Numbered from the stretch's first letter, positions 26,054-43,505 are shown. The stretch is DNA of 64,000 bases from Paraphysomonas bandaiensis (GCA_965644295.1 CBFFRP010000608.1:1-64000); one strand, 5' to 3'. The notes: generated by a model not told the origin, from the letters alone. Translations and numbers: made by a program.

Positions 26054-26796
26054 GTCGCCTAATCTGGTTCTGTTATGGTGCACTTAGTGTGTTTATAATG
26101 TCACATACATACATACATACATACATACATACATACATACATACATACATACATACATACATACATACATACATACATACATACATACATACATACATAC
26201 ATACATACATACATACATACATACATACATACATACATACATACATACATACATACATACATACGTACATACATACATACATACATACATACATACATAC
26301 ATACATACATACATACGTACATACATACATACATACATACATACACATCACACTCATATTCATGCTGACACCACTGTACATAAGTACATGTTCACCAGTA
26401 TATACAGTACAGTATATATAGACAGAGTCCACAGGTACATACATGTACAGAAGTACAGTTGGATATTTGCACATACTTTCAATATGGCCAATTTATAGTG
26501 TAAAAGTCCGAGGTTTTGACACCGAATAGTTTTACAGCAGTATACTTTATATACAGTACTGTACAGTGTATATACACGGGTATACATATTCAAACACTGC
26601 AGTGTACGGTATGCATCATAACATACTAACATACAGTCATAGCATACTGCATGTAACTACTATCAGAGATCAGAGGAGGAAGTAACGCGAATAGTGTTTC
26701 TTAATATTTCATTATATCGGAGACACTTTTGTCATTTGTGTGTCTGTCTCATACTGGCATTTATAGTGCGTAACTGTCTTCGCTCTGAACCATCCA
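26054..26796. promoter_or_regulatory. Probable bidirectional promoter spacer (cyclophilin-like / IFT22)
   Basis: Lies between divergent ATGs; GTAC/TACA-rich, AA/TT-poor flanks around an A/T-run core at ~26460-26535. Confidence 0.5.
26103..26345. repeat. (ACAT)n microsatellite, ~60 copies
   Basis: Nearly perfect tetranucleotide array with two ACGT interruptions, ~50 bp upstream of the cyclophilin-like ATG. Confidence 0.98.
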
Positions 26797-27422
26797 ATGC
26801 CACCCATGCATCTCAAGATATGTGTTGTTGGTCCCAAGCAAACAGGGAAAACAGCTATTTCTAATTTTTTGGCTGGACAAACAAGTGGTATTGTCGAAGG
26901 AAAGCAGTACGATCCGACTGCGGGGGTGAGAATTCTTGAATACGAAGCCAACATTCCTGGCAGCTCTGGTCCCGTCAATGTGGAGCTTTGGGATGCATCT
27001 GGGGATCATTCGTACGATTTGATTTATTTTTTGTATTTTATATAACTATACCCTAGGTATGAAGGGTGCTGGCGCGCCATCATGAATGAAGCCGACGGAG
27101 TACTCTTGGTATATAATCCTGACGCTCCGGCCCAGGATCAACAGATCGGAGACTGGTTCGAATTTTTTGTGCGGAAGAACAACCTCAGAGAAGATCAGTG
27201 CATGGTATTCGCTCATCGTATGCACGGTGGTGGCAACGAGAAGTTTCGCCCTCGTAAGTGCCTTCTTATATATTACATAAGTCTGTCTAACTGAGGAATT
27301 ATACAGCACCGTTATTTTCGAAGGTAAATTCTTCATTAACCACTCCTCAGACTGCCAATGACATGAAAGGGATGTTTGATAATTTTGTGAATGAGCTATA
27401 CGCAATGCGCCAGAGAAAATAA
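26797..27422 (+). CDS. IFT22: Intraflagellar transport protein 22 (Rab-like 5), 3 exons (26797-27011; 27057-27253; 27307-27422)
   Basis: LKICVVGPKQTGKTAISNFL, YDPTAGVRILE, ELWDASGDHSYEGCWRAI, GVLLVYNPD and CMVFAH (no NKxD box) are characteristic of RABL5/IFT22; canonical introns give an open frame. Confidence 0.92.
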
Positions 27423-28124
27423 AATTGTAGTCGGTGTATTCAAGTGGCTAGAGTTATCGTGATGAGGCAGCTTTTATGCATGTTTCAGTAAGTTTGCAAT
27501 CATCTTAGGATACTCTGCTTTCTCATCGTTTACTATATTCATAGTGATCCTGTCGTGTTGTGAATTGTGCTAGGTTTTGTAATTTTAAATATAAACTTTG
27601 GTTCAGTGATTGTATCCTCTTACTAGTTCCATGCTTTGTTGGCGTCATACCAAAGCGAATAATAAATAAATATCGAATTCCTTAAATCAATGCGTCATTG
27701 TAATTGTATTCACTCTTTATGCTCTATGAGGAGCTAGTAGCGATGAATTAAAACCTCGATGAGTTTCTACTTTTTATACTATACAAAACATTGGTACACT
27801 TCCTAAGAGTATACAGAATATCGGCAGTAGAGCGAGAACAGTTCGACTCAAGAGTTAATTGACGTGGAAGAGAGAGTACATCGAAAAGCACCACACTGTT
27901 AGCCGCTGTTAATCCAATAGGATTGACTTGACATACAAAAAGAATAATCAAACGGCAGTCACTATCGATAAACGCTTCATTAATCATCAAGAAATTGTAA
28001 TTAATATGACCATTATAGCATTTGCACATAAACATAATCATTGCAACTTAAAATGCAATGATCTAGATCCACATCCATGTGTTTATCAGCTAGAAATTGA
28101 TACGACGTCTCTATTCCTACCTAA

Positions 28125-28837
28125 CTACATGGAAACCGCACTACTGTCACCAGCATCATCAGACAGAACATATGCCTTGAAGAGCGTAACATCCGAAAGG
28201 GGTCTATCGCTGGCCCCCACTGGGACACTTCCTAGTCGCTGGATGACAGACATGCCTTCGGACACCCGCCCGAAGATAGTGTGTTTGCCATCTAGCCAGG
28301 GGGTTGGTGCGAGAGTGATAAAAAATTGAGACCCGTTTGTGTTCGGTCCAGCGTTCGCCATGCTAAGAATACCTGCGCCAGTGTGCTTCAAATCCCGGCG
28401 TATTTCGTCCTCGAATTTTCCACTGTGACACCAGCAGTGTTACAGTGACCAGAGCATAAAAACAGCTTACCCATATATAGATTCCCCGCCCCCTACAAAA
28501 ATTGAATTAGATACTTCTACAATCGCCCTATATACTTACTTCCTGTGCCTGTAGGGTCGCCACCCTGTATCATGAAATCTGGGGTTGCATAGGTCAGATA
28601 TATACAGCAAAGATAAAATACATTGTAACCTTTAATAACTCTGTGGAATATTGTGTCGTTGTAATATCCGATTCTTGCTAACTCCGCAAAATTTTGACAT
28701 GTCTTTGGCGCATGCTGTGTGTATAACTCTAACGTGAAGCTACCTGCAAGTACATGCAACAACATCAGCAGATCCTGCACATAATGGGCCCATAGATTAC
28801 CCATAGATGTCTCAAGCTTTACAAATGTAGCTGCCAT
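28125..28837 (-). CDS. PPIL1: Peptidyl-prolyl cis-trans isomerase-like 1 (spliceosomal cyclophilin), 5 exons
   Basis: [34 protein letters not shown]|[13 protein letters not shown]|RGGESIYG|[50 protein letters not shown]; four ~45-55-bp GT-AG introns. Confidence 0.9.
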
Positions 28838-29214
28838 TTTCTTCTGATATCTACAGAGGCGGTCAGGATGAATGAAGCAACAACTATGCCACCCTTCAGT
28901 TTAATGTACGCATAGACAGGCTCGTGGATGACTGTATGAGCAGAATACAGCCCGCTTGTATGTATTCCGTGCTGTCTACAGGTACACCTTACAGTACAGC
29001 AGTACAGTACAGTGTGGGTGTGGGGTGTACAGGCAGTGGAATCTGGATGATAATCTGACATGAGTCAGTTGGCACTTCACTGGACTTCACTCACTTCACC
29101 CTCATGGGCCGTACATGTGAATGCCTCCATAGGTATAGACTGGTATAGGTATACACGGTACACATACATAGATACACGTGTCGAGGTACACTCTCACTGA
29201 TACACTTTTAAGTT
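28838..29214. promoter_or_regulatory. Probable bidirectional promoter spacer (PPIL1 / ABCC)
   Basis: Lies between divergent ATGs; repeated cagtac/gtata/tacac words, very few A/T runs. Confidence 0.5.
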
Positions 29215-34413
<5,199 letters not shown>

Positions 34414-35245
34414 CCGGTTTACATTAGATAAAGCTGACTCATACTGACAGGGGAAACATATCAGTAGAGACAGCCACGTATAAACTTTCCTTTGTTGCAC
34501 ATTCTCTTTCACACTTTTAATTTTGTGCAACGGATTTGTGTTATACATCTGCAAAATATTTACAAATGTCATATTTTACTTAAATTATAATTTTCATATA
34601 GTTTAAACATGTTTACGTGCGTAAGATCATATACACGATACACGTACATCACAGAACAATTATATTGTCTGTTGGCTTGGACTTAGTAAACAAAGTAAAC
34701 AACGTGGGATCACTACCACTATGAACTATTTAATATGTAAGTATGGATGCATCTGTCAATGGTGTGATAGATAAATAATAAACTGGCTGTAGCTGCTACG
34801 ATCTAAAGAATAAGATTGCATTATACGACACAACATTATGCGCACAGCGTATTTAGCATAGAACATGTATGAACTTAATGTTAGAAAGGAGAACTGCCCA
34901 CTGATTAAGTGCCTTGACGTGAAGATTACTGATTCAAGCTCTTCTCAGCTTTGGGCCTGGAAAAGCATAGAGTAAAAGTCTAGCACTTTAAAGAACAATT
35001 CATGACATTATACCGGAAATTTACCATGCCAGGCAGAGTACACGACCATGATAGTCATCTACAAACACTCACTCAAGAGGTATGCGCTGCCTAACTTATA
35101 ATTCCTATTGCTAGACCTGCCCCACTCCCATCTCCCATATATAACAACGCTCACGACTCAAGAAAAGTGGAAAAGGTGATCAATCACATCGACCTATATA
35201 TACATACGTACATACAAATCAGATCTACTCATGGATGTATGTAGG

Positions 35246-36310
35246 TATGGACTGCCTATGTGAAGCTTTATGGTTTTTTCCTCATATAAAACCCCCCTCT
35301 GTGAAACCAACATATTGAATATGGACAAATATATAGTAGTAGATAATCATATTCGATGCATTTGTGAAGGTGCTGCTTTTGCTAAGAAATTGTAGAGATT
35401 GATATATACTGCTTAAAGTTAAATAAACGTCGTTTATCAATACTGTACACATTTCAACTTGCATGGTACAAGCTACCACACGAAACTGTATCCTTCTGCT
35501 TTACCTTATGAACACTTACGATATGATTCACAATTATATCCAGCGCATTAGCAAATAATATTTCTTGAAGTCCACGTCCAGCTTCATATTTCTTAAGGTA
35601 TATAAGTAGACGATGGAGCCTCTATATCCCTTAATGTGGGATCTACTAGGGGGGTCAGGTTCACTTTCTGGAATGTCATCTGGGGCCCTTAGCTTCCCTC
35701 TTTCGCTCCTTCGTGAGCCGGTGTGAACAGATGGCCGAAGTACTCAAGAGAGATGTCTTTCGGGAATGGAATCTTCAAATTTTCATCATCATCAGAGCTT
35801 CAGGGTACGCTGTTATACACCACGCTACAATATGGCCAACCTTTTTCTTGTATGCTGCTTTCATTCCTGCTTCTGTTCATTTCTTCTTATAGTCAGATAC
35901 ATTATCAGCATTCGAGTCAACAGATACAACACGCTGTCGGCGTATACGGCCACTTCCTCTTCACCATTTAGGCAACTCTTCTTCCTTGTCTGAATCTGTC
36001 TCACTCATGTTTGCAGTAAGTATGGTCGAATATTGATATATGCCACTAACGGATATGACGTTCAAGGAAAATAGTAGAGTATTCTAACAGTGTTTTACAA
36101 CTAATAAAGTGGCTATTTCCCTATAAAGTTGTAGTTTCCTCATATAAAAGTGCCGATTTTTCTGTGAAAGCAAATTTTTCACATATGCATGGAAATTGAT
36201 TATCTACTATATATTCGTCCGTATTCGAGGCATATGTGAAACATTTCCTTTCACAGGTGGGGTTTCTAGATGAGGAAAAAACCCACAGAGTTTCACATAT
36301 GCAGTCCATA
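35246..36310 (-). mobile_element. Decayed Crypton-like DNA element with long inverted arms
   Basis: 35246-35390 aligns to the reverse complement of 36157-36310; ends are TATGG...CCATA; contains a frameshifted reading frame (next feature). Confidence 0.65.
35560..36008 (-). pseudogene. Frameshifted remnant resembling the N-terminal (core-binding) part of Crypton-type tyrosine recombinases
   Basis: Stitching frames gives MSETDSDKEEE...AAYKKKVGHIVAWCITAYPEAL/DDDENLKIPFPKDISLEYFGHLF...PSRSHIKGYRGSIVYLYTLRNMKLD, resembling the Y-x-x-K...W...P...L-x-x-P...FF-x-H...S-x-x-x-GY-x-SA-x-x-x-LY pattern of stramenopile Crypton-like recombinases. No catalytic domain remains. Confidence 0.45.
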
Positions 36311-36495
36311 CATACATACATACATACATACATACATAATACATACATACATACATACATACATACATACATACATACATACATACATACATACATACAT
36401 ACATACATACATACATACATACATACATACATACATACATACATACATACATACATACATACATACATACATACATACATACATACATACATACA

Positions 36496-36524
<29 letters not shown>
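36307..36524. repeat. (CATA)n microsatellite, ~54 copies
   Basis: Nearly perfect array with one interruption near 36338; starts at the CCATA end of the element and lies ~110 bp upstream of the FYVE gene ATG. Confidence 0.98.
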
Positions 36525-36527
<3 letters not shown>

Positions 36528-36633
36528 CAGTAGTTTGGGTAGCTGTTGATGGGTTGTTGTGGTATCATCTTCCAGTATCTGAGTGTGCGTATATATACTC
36601 CTGTTAGGGTCTGTATATCTCACTAGAGGTCCG

Positions 36634-38608
36634 ATGGATGAAATCATATCTATCCTTAAGTCGGAAGCGTGTGGTAACAGGGAGGAGAGTACGGCTCATC
36701 TTCCTGATGTGTCTGATCTGTATAGCGCTCATTTCAATAACTTCAGAGGAGTTGCAGTGCGCAAACAGAAAGTGTCCGTACATGGCACAGAGAGTTACAT
36801 CCGTCGCGTGTTCCTGCAGTGCGGTATATATAAGTACGTGGGTTGGATGGTGGACGAGGACGCCTATCAGTGTATGGTGTGTGCGGTCGACTTCGATACA
36901 TTCACAAGAAAACATCACTGCAGAGTGTGTGGCGATATCGTCTGCGCAGATTGTTCGGCAGGAACGTTACGGATTACTGAGTTATTAGATTGGGGTCCTG
37001 TGCGTGCGTGTGCATACTGTAACTACGGACAGGTAGAGTGCGCTATACACACTGATCAGTTGGGGTTAGTGGGTGCATATGAATATGTGTGATTTTTGGT
37101 TGTATTCTGTAGGAAGAAGTATCCATCATCCCTCCGCTGACCAGAATTGTGTCTAATAAATACAGCGAACAATCTTCAACAGATTATAGCAAGCTGCGGC
37201 AGGAACAGGTTGCAGATGCTATCAAAGCTAGTCGTGGAAGTGATCACCGTGGGGGCATCGGGCAAGAATATGATGAATATCTACATTTGCAACAAGAAGA
37301 GGCATTTAGGCTTGCTCAGAAAGATAATTCAAAAGGATCAGCGGATATTTTAGAGCATCAATATGCGAAGAAAAACCTGCAAACGACCGAATTACAATTA
37401 GAAAAAGATCATCCGCTAGATAGAGAACCATCGCCGCGAGTTGCTGCATCTGAAGCTGTGGTCCCCGTTGTGCTTGGAGAAAAGGTTGCGGGTGATATTG
37501 GAGCGGACGTTAAGTCTTCTATCATACCTAACCCTCCAATTGAGAAGCAGATAGAGAAAGATAGTAACAAGACCCTGCTGGATTCATCCAAAGTCGTCCA
37601 GCCGGTCAATTCCCCCTCGTCGTTGACTTCGAAAGTTACTGGTACTGAGAATTGTTCGACGGATACAGTAATAGAGTTTAGTGGTGAGCCGTATGCTGTG
37701 GTTAAGACCAGGCAACATCAGCAATACGGCGGCGGGAAAGTATTCATTAATATCTGCCTGTCAGAAGAAGTGACGGAGGCGGTTATTGGCCAGAATTGTC
37801 CTCATACTATTATAAGTAGAAGTGGGGATGAGTGTTCAGCATATGATGTTTGCATACACCCCGGAAAATTGGAAAACAGCGAGAATGAGGAGGTATAGAT
37901 ACTGATATTACTGTGATGTCGATATATATGTCATATCCACTCAACTCGCTTCTATGGTAGGTTTACTACGATGTTATTGAGAAACTAAACCAAGAGTGTG
38001 ACGCCCATCTTGAGAGTGCGTTCACCCTCCCAAGGATTAGAAAGAATTTTAAAGGCGACCATCAACCAATGTTCACTGCTTCTACTCATAGTGTCCCTTC
38101 TCCACCAGATAATAGTGTGCGCCAGAGTATAAGTATGGTGAATGAAGACATTGTGGCTGGTGATAAACATGAAGGTGTGAGTAAACCTGAACGTTTGTCG
38201 CCAGTGGGATTTACTAAGATTACACCGACTGAATCTAAAGACTCTTCTTCCCCGAGAGTATGCATGGGTTGGCTCAGTCGGGAAGAAGGCACCATTATGA
38301 AAGTATTCAAACGACGTTACTTTGTCCTTGATAAAGGTACTCTTACATGTTTTGAACGAAGCTCAGAAACTCCTCCATATGGACTCAACAAAAAATATAG
38401 TGTAACCCTGCGCAGGAGCACTGAATTAGATCTAGTAAACGCTAAGTCGAAGCCACTAACTCTAAATCAGCTCTATATATCTGATCCAGTGGAGAAAACA
38501 GATATATTACTTGAGGCGGAGAGCGTGGAAGATCACGGGAGATGGGTACAGGCATTACTTCTACATAAGGATTACAACTGCTTGTTACAGAGAAGAAACT
38601 CTGTGTAG
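36634..38608 (+). CDS. FYVE + PIH1-like + PH domain protein, 3 exons (36634-37032; 37113-37892; 37961-38608)
   Basis: FYVE WMVD..CMVC...RKHHCRVCGDIVCADCS...RACAYC; middle VVKT...KVFINIC...SGDECSAYDVCIHP; PH GWL..EG..MKVFKRRYFVL...LEAES..D..RWVQAL. Phase-0 GT-AG introns keep the frame. Confidence 0.85.
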
Positions 38609-38859
38609 TGTGGACTAAAAGGGGTTAAGTGTTGCCTTTGCAATTGTAGTTATTACATTGTAGTAAAATTTGTGGACCCCTCTTTTTGAGTATAGACAAT
38701 GCTGTAACACTTAATATTTTTCATGTGTGCGAATATTACGAACAAGCTTGCAGTCGGTATTGATGAATGAGTGTAAATCAGTTTGTGACTTCATTATTGT
38801 TATCTATCCGAGTAGCTCAGTAGTCAGTAGGACTTATATGCTACAGGGCTTGGGCGAAA

Positions 38860-39027
38860 GCTTGCGGAGACACACAAGCAGCTGTCGTAGCGCAAATAGT
38901 AAATAGTAGGATATCAGAGTTAAGCACTAGTTAGTTAAATCATTTTGCTACATTAGTTCTGAATCTTACGCGCCTATTGCTAATAGTCAGACATGTACTA
39001 CTATCTATTGCTAATAATAAGACATTC
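38860..39027 (+). repeat. Dispersed repeat family A, right-end fragment
   Basis: cttgcgg.gac.cacaagcagct.tcgtagcg...taggatatcagagttaagcactagttagttaaa...gcctattgctaata matches 46979-47131. Confidence 0.85.
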
Positions 39028-39243
39028 GCTACTAGCTACATGTAGTTTGTATTGCTTATGAATATGTATTATGTATTATATAGTATATAGTAACTAACAG
39101 GACTACGTATCCATTAATTGAGAATTAATTAATACGCAGCCCTGGTAACTAAATACACGAACTCCTGTTATATGTTGCCAGTATCAAAATTATGGTATTA
39201 CTATAATTTCAATTAATTCAATTACTTGACAATTGAAGCAGGT

Positions 39244-39752
39244 TGTAGTCAATTGCTCCCTCAACAAAGTCGGACCACCCTTTTCGTGGTGTTCTGGGGG
39301 ATAAGTACCGGTGAGATTCTCTCTGGGAAACTAACGTGAGCCGCAAACATAGCCAGCATATATTTTTCTGCCCACGCATAGCCGAATGCTTGTGTGGTAC
39401 AAGGGACACCAATAAGTGTCACTTGTGTAGACGTCTTTGGGCCCTGACGAATAAACAATCCGGGACAGGGCCCACGTCAAGGACATCCGGAACAGGGCCC
39501 ACCAGAGGATAACCGTGGTATTGGGCTGCCTGCTGAAGCCAAGCATCCGGGATGTTTACCTTAAGAACTCAGAGCGGAAGTGGTCGCACCTTGGTGCTTG
39601 CGGCGACGCACAAGCAGCTTCCGTAGCGTTAATTGTAGGCTAAGAAAAGTGTGTACTGATTAGTTACGGGTAGAGGTCTAACTAGGTTGACTAGCATTCA
39701 TCTAGCTACTAAGTTGGTGAAGGTTTTAACGCCTATTGCTAATAATAAGACT
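39244..39752 (+). repeat. Dispersed repeat family A, near full-length copy (~500 bp; possible degenerate solo LTR)
   Basis: Colinear with 46645-47131: caacaaagtcg..ccttttcgtggtgttctgg..aatgcttgtgtg..agtgtcacttgtgtaga..aataaac..gcaccttggtgcttgcgg..gcctattgctaataataa. Confidence 0.85.
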
Positions 39753-40306
39753 TTCAATATACAGTCAATTGCTATTGGATTTATATTTTGCTTCCCCTAA
39801 TTCTACTGTTGTACTTTCTATAATTGACAGTTGTTAGTTTGTTAGGAATCCCTGATACCAAGTATAGAAAGTATAGTGACCATAGAAAATGTGGCGACTA
39901 CAAGAATTTCATCCATAAGTAATGAGAAGTACATTATCGTTTACAAAACCCATCCGTAAAATCACTGTATTTAAGTAATATATCACCAAAGCCCTAATCC
40001 ACTGTACTTCATGTCAATAAAAGCGAAAACTTCATGACGTAACTTTGAAACTTTGTAAAACAGAAATACATTTAAGAAAGCCATGAGTGAAAGTATATTG
40101 CACGAGTAGTCACATATTTGGTGTTTGAAAGGTGACGCGTTTAAAATATAACCACTATAGACCTCAACTCAAAATATTTATACGTCTGGGTTACAGATAA
40201 TGCACGGAAGGTCAAGCCTCAAAACAGTAGAGGGATAGTGGCCGTGAGTGTATACCTCGTTTCCTACACATGACACAGATGCCTAAAAATCAATACATAA
40301 ACTACT

Positions 40307-41550
40307 CTATTGTGACTTGGATTCTATCCACAACTTTCCTCTTTCAGCTTCTCCAGCTATAAGTCTTTTCCATGAGTTATGCGTTTCATGAATTACTTCG
40401 ACAGCTTTCTTTTCACCCAAGCACTTCTCATCATACCCGAACTTATTGAGGGGCTTTCCAGATGGAGTTTTGTACCATCGAAACCATTCTCTAATACCTA
40501 CGAGTACTCAGAGTAAGAAACTAAATGAGTTCGCATTTATATTACGTAAATGCCTTCCACTATATCCAACATATATTATGCAGAAGATTAACTTACCGCT
40601 AATGACCCCGGGCAGTTTACCTTCAACATCATTCACATCATGTAGCTCCTTTGCCATTGGATCATCAGAGCGAATTGCAATAAGTTTCCAATCTAGTTCG
40701 CCACTGTCGATCATAGCGAGGGCACCAAGAACTTTTACCTGGAATAGAACGACCATGAAAACAAAAGATGGTAAAAATAATTTTGCACCGTTCCAATCTG
40801 TGCGGCACGTGACAACAAATATTATTCCAAAAACCATGATGCTATGTACGACGTGTGGAAGTACAAAGTACACATATACATACATACCGGCGAGATCGAG
40901 CCCATCTCAAGAGTGCGGGACCCTATTTCCACAACATCCAGTGGATCGCTGCACACAGTTATAATATGCATACAAACACAAGAATATGAATGAACTCACT
41001 TGTCACCATACGCATTAACATCTTTATTCAACTGAGTTGGATCCTCCCATGTCTGAGGGAGGCATCCATAGTTCCAATAGAGGGGTCCGTCATAGCATCT
41101 CGGCAACCCGTTCTTAACATCTTGAGATATAGGGTTGTACTGTTCTTTCCCATTGATTTCCATCTTAAGGGTAGTATATCGAGGGATCTGATAGTAACTA
41201 CACGTTAGTCCATATCTATGAGGTGATGTGTGTGTATGTGCGTGCATGTGTATGGGAGGTACCTCTGTGATGAAGTTGTAACAGTTATCGTTGGAGTGAA
41301 GAGGAATATCGTGCCACGGAGACACCTGCCGACCACTACGAACAAACTTCATACGAAAATCTAACTTCCCCAACTCTCCTGATGTGTGAGTGGACACTGT
41401 TGATGCATACCGTGCACTGTTACGGGCATGCTGAAGGGCCGACAGGGATCTGATAGGGCTATAGCCACACCTAGATACGAAGGAGGATACTCTAACAGGT
41501 GATATCATCAGATATATGATCAGAGTTACGAGTACAGTGCCTGATTGCAT
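40307..41550 (-). CDS. Soluble (family I) inorganic pyrophosphatase, probably plastid-targeted, 5 exons
   Basis: SPWHDIPL, EIPRYTTLKMEI, NPISQDVKNG, WNYGCLPQTWEDP, GDNDPLDVVEIG, VKVLGALAMIDSGELDWKLIAI, IREWFRWYK; N-terminal signal peptide followed by SS-F and a Ser/Arg-rich transit-like stretch. Confidence 0.92.
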
Positions 41551-41901
41551 GCAGTGGATATACTCTACTGGTAATGGAGCCTCCTCGACACCTGCATGCA
41601 TGCATATACATATACATATGCATATATACCTATAGGGAGAGTAGCGGCTATACGAGTCGTAGTATGGGAGGTGTACACACACATATACTTATAAGTGTAA
41701 TACGGTAGATGTATAACAGCTGTATACAGATGTTATCGTTATACTGTATGCTGCTGTATCTGCTGTATACTCTACTCTACCATATGCACACACACACACA
41801 CAGAGAGTTATGCAGACACACACACACACACATATATAGATAGATAGATAGATAGATAGACGATACCAGTCTGATTCAGGTCAGCTGAACCTCGGGTGAC
41901 A
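41551..41901. promoter_or_regulatory. Probable bidirectional promoter spacer (PPase / hypothetical) with (CA)n, (GATA)n and ATAC tracts
   Basis: Lies between divergent ATGs; alternating purine-pyrimidine tracts, almost no AAA/TTT. Confidence 0.5.
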
Positions 41902-43505
41902 ATGAATAGAATATGGCTACGAGAGTACGAGAAGCTCCTTAGCTCCAACAGACGCGAGAAGACTAAAGACATCAAGCCTAAACTATACGACTCATTACAG
42001 ACATCCAAACCTGCTAAGACTAAGAAGAAGAAGCGTAAGGAGATGAAGAAATGTGACCAGACTCTACTAGCCACTCATCTGTTAAAGATGTCTGTCAAAG
42101 ACGAGTACGTGAAGGGTGCTCCTGAGGAGAGTGAGAAGATGTTTGCTCAGACTAAACAGGCTCAGCTGCGGCAGAACAATGCACGCCCATACTTTAAGCC
42201 GATTAAAAAACTCTCTGACGTGGAAGCTAGTGAAGCTAAACGCTCCCAACTTGGCAATACTGGCGATTTGAGCCTGTTCGAGCAACTCTACCCACCTATT
42301 GACCCTTATCTTCCGTTATGTGTCTATAAGCCGAATTCTCCGGAACGAACAAAGATAGTAATGCGTGATATTGTTGGTACAATTGCGCGCGACCCGATAA
42401 AGCGACCACAGAGCAGTCCAATGAAACGTACGAAGCGTACACCTGACGATGCTGTACAGTCATTCATGGATGATCTGAAGATCACGCGACATGTGCCGTA
42501 TAGCTCAACACGAGATATTCCTGAAGCTGTTGTCGACAATACGACTGCTCAGCGTGCGCAGGAGCATTGGAATGGCATTATGGACAATATTTGGCAGTGT
42601 GGTAACGCCATTGAATACGGAGATGTTGTTTTTCTTTCCACTCATTGGACGCACGACGCTTGCATGCAGCATATCGTAATGTATCTCTGTACACTTCTTG
42701 GCCTGAAAGTTAAACCTAATGTCGATGATCTAACACCAGTTGTTGAAAGGTCATTATTTAAAGAGTTACTTCCTCTGGTCAAGTACTTCAGAGAGGTATG
42801 TTTCTCATGCGTTCATATATATTTCTTGCTAAAACGTCATTGCCTGTTTTCTTCGTGTAGATGAATCCTTTGGCTGTACCAGCACGGCGACTACGCAAGG
42901 CTACTACATTGTATACGAAGTATCTTGAGCCAATGCATAGTGCAGTTTTTGTGGCCAAGACTCCTGAATACATGCACAATAATAAGTTTTTAAAGTAAGA
43001 TAGCGTGTCTGCAGCGCAAATGGCAAACGTATTGCACATTTTCTTCGATGGATTATGACATTTACTTATAATTATCTTGTTCATTTGTATCTATAGGTGG
43101 GTTCACGCCGTTCAAAAGTCTTTAAATATCGTATTGCAAGCGAGTGTGCATCAGTCCGCTATTGATAATGACGCGGTGGAAGAGGAAGCAGCTGCATCTC
43201 GGAAAAGAAAAGAAGCTTTAGAAAGATCTTACACCCTGAAAAACTCTAAGTCAGCCCCTGGCAAAACGCAAAGTTTTATGGTAACACATAGTGATTACGA
43301 ACGAGAATCGTCTTCTGCAAACATGTCGCAGCTGCTTGACATGTCACTAAGTGGGGTGCTTCAGATTGATGAAATTTTCTCGAAGAGTGGTGATCATAGC
43401 CAGCAAATAGGAATTGGTGGCCAGCAATCGTCAGAGGCTGTACCACAGCGTGTATATAGCCATCATGATAGCTCTGGCTCTACCAAGCAGGAGGACGTAT
43501 CTTGA
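41902..43505 (+). CDS. Hypothetical protein, 3 exons (41902-42795; 42861-42994; 43097-43505)
   Basis: Long first ORF; canonical GT-AG introns join three ORF segments in frame; no recognised domain. Confidence 0.7.

Noticed and set aside
26073-26474. ORFs encoding (MYVC)n or (HTYI)n
   Set aside because: Stop-free translations of the (ACAT)n microsatellite; the same applies to ORFs over 36121-36647.
39441-39472. CTGACGA as a hammerhead ribozyme core in repeat family A
   Set aside because: No properly placed GAAA/stem II, and the motif is not conserved in the 24.2-kb or 46.8-kb copies.
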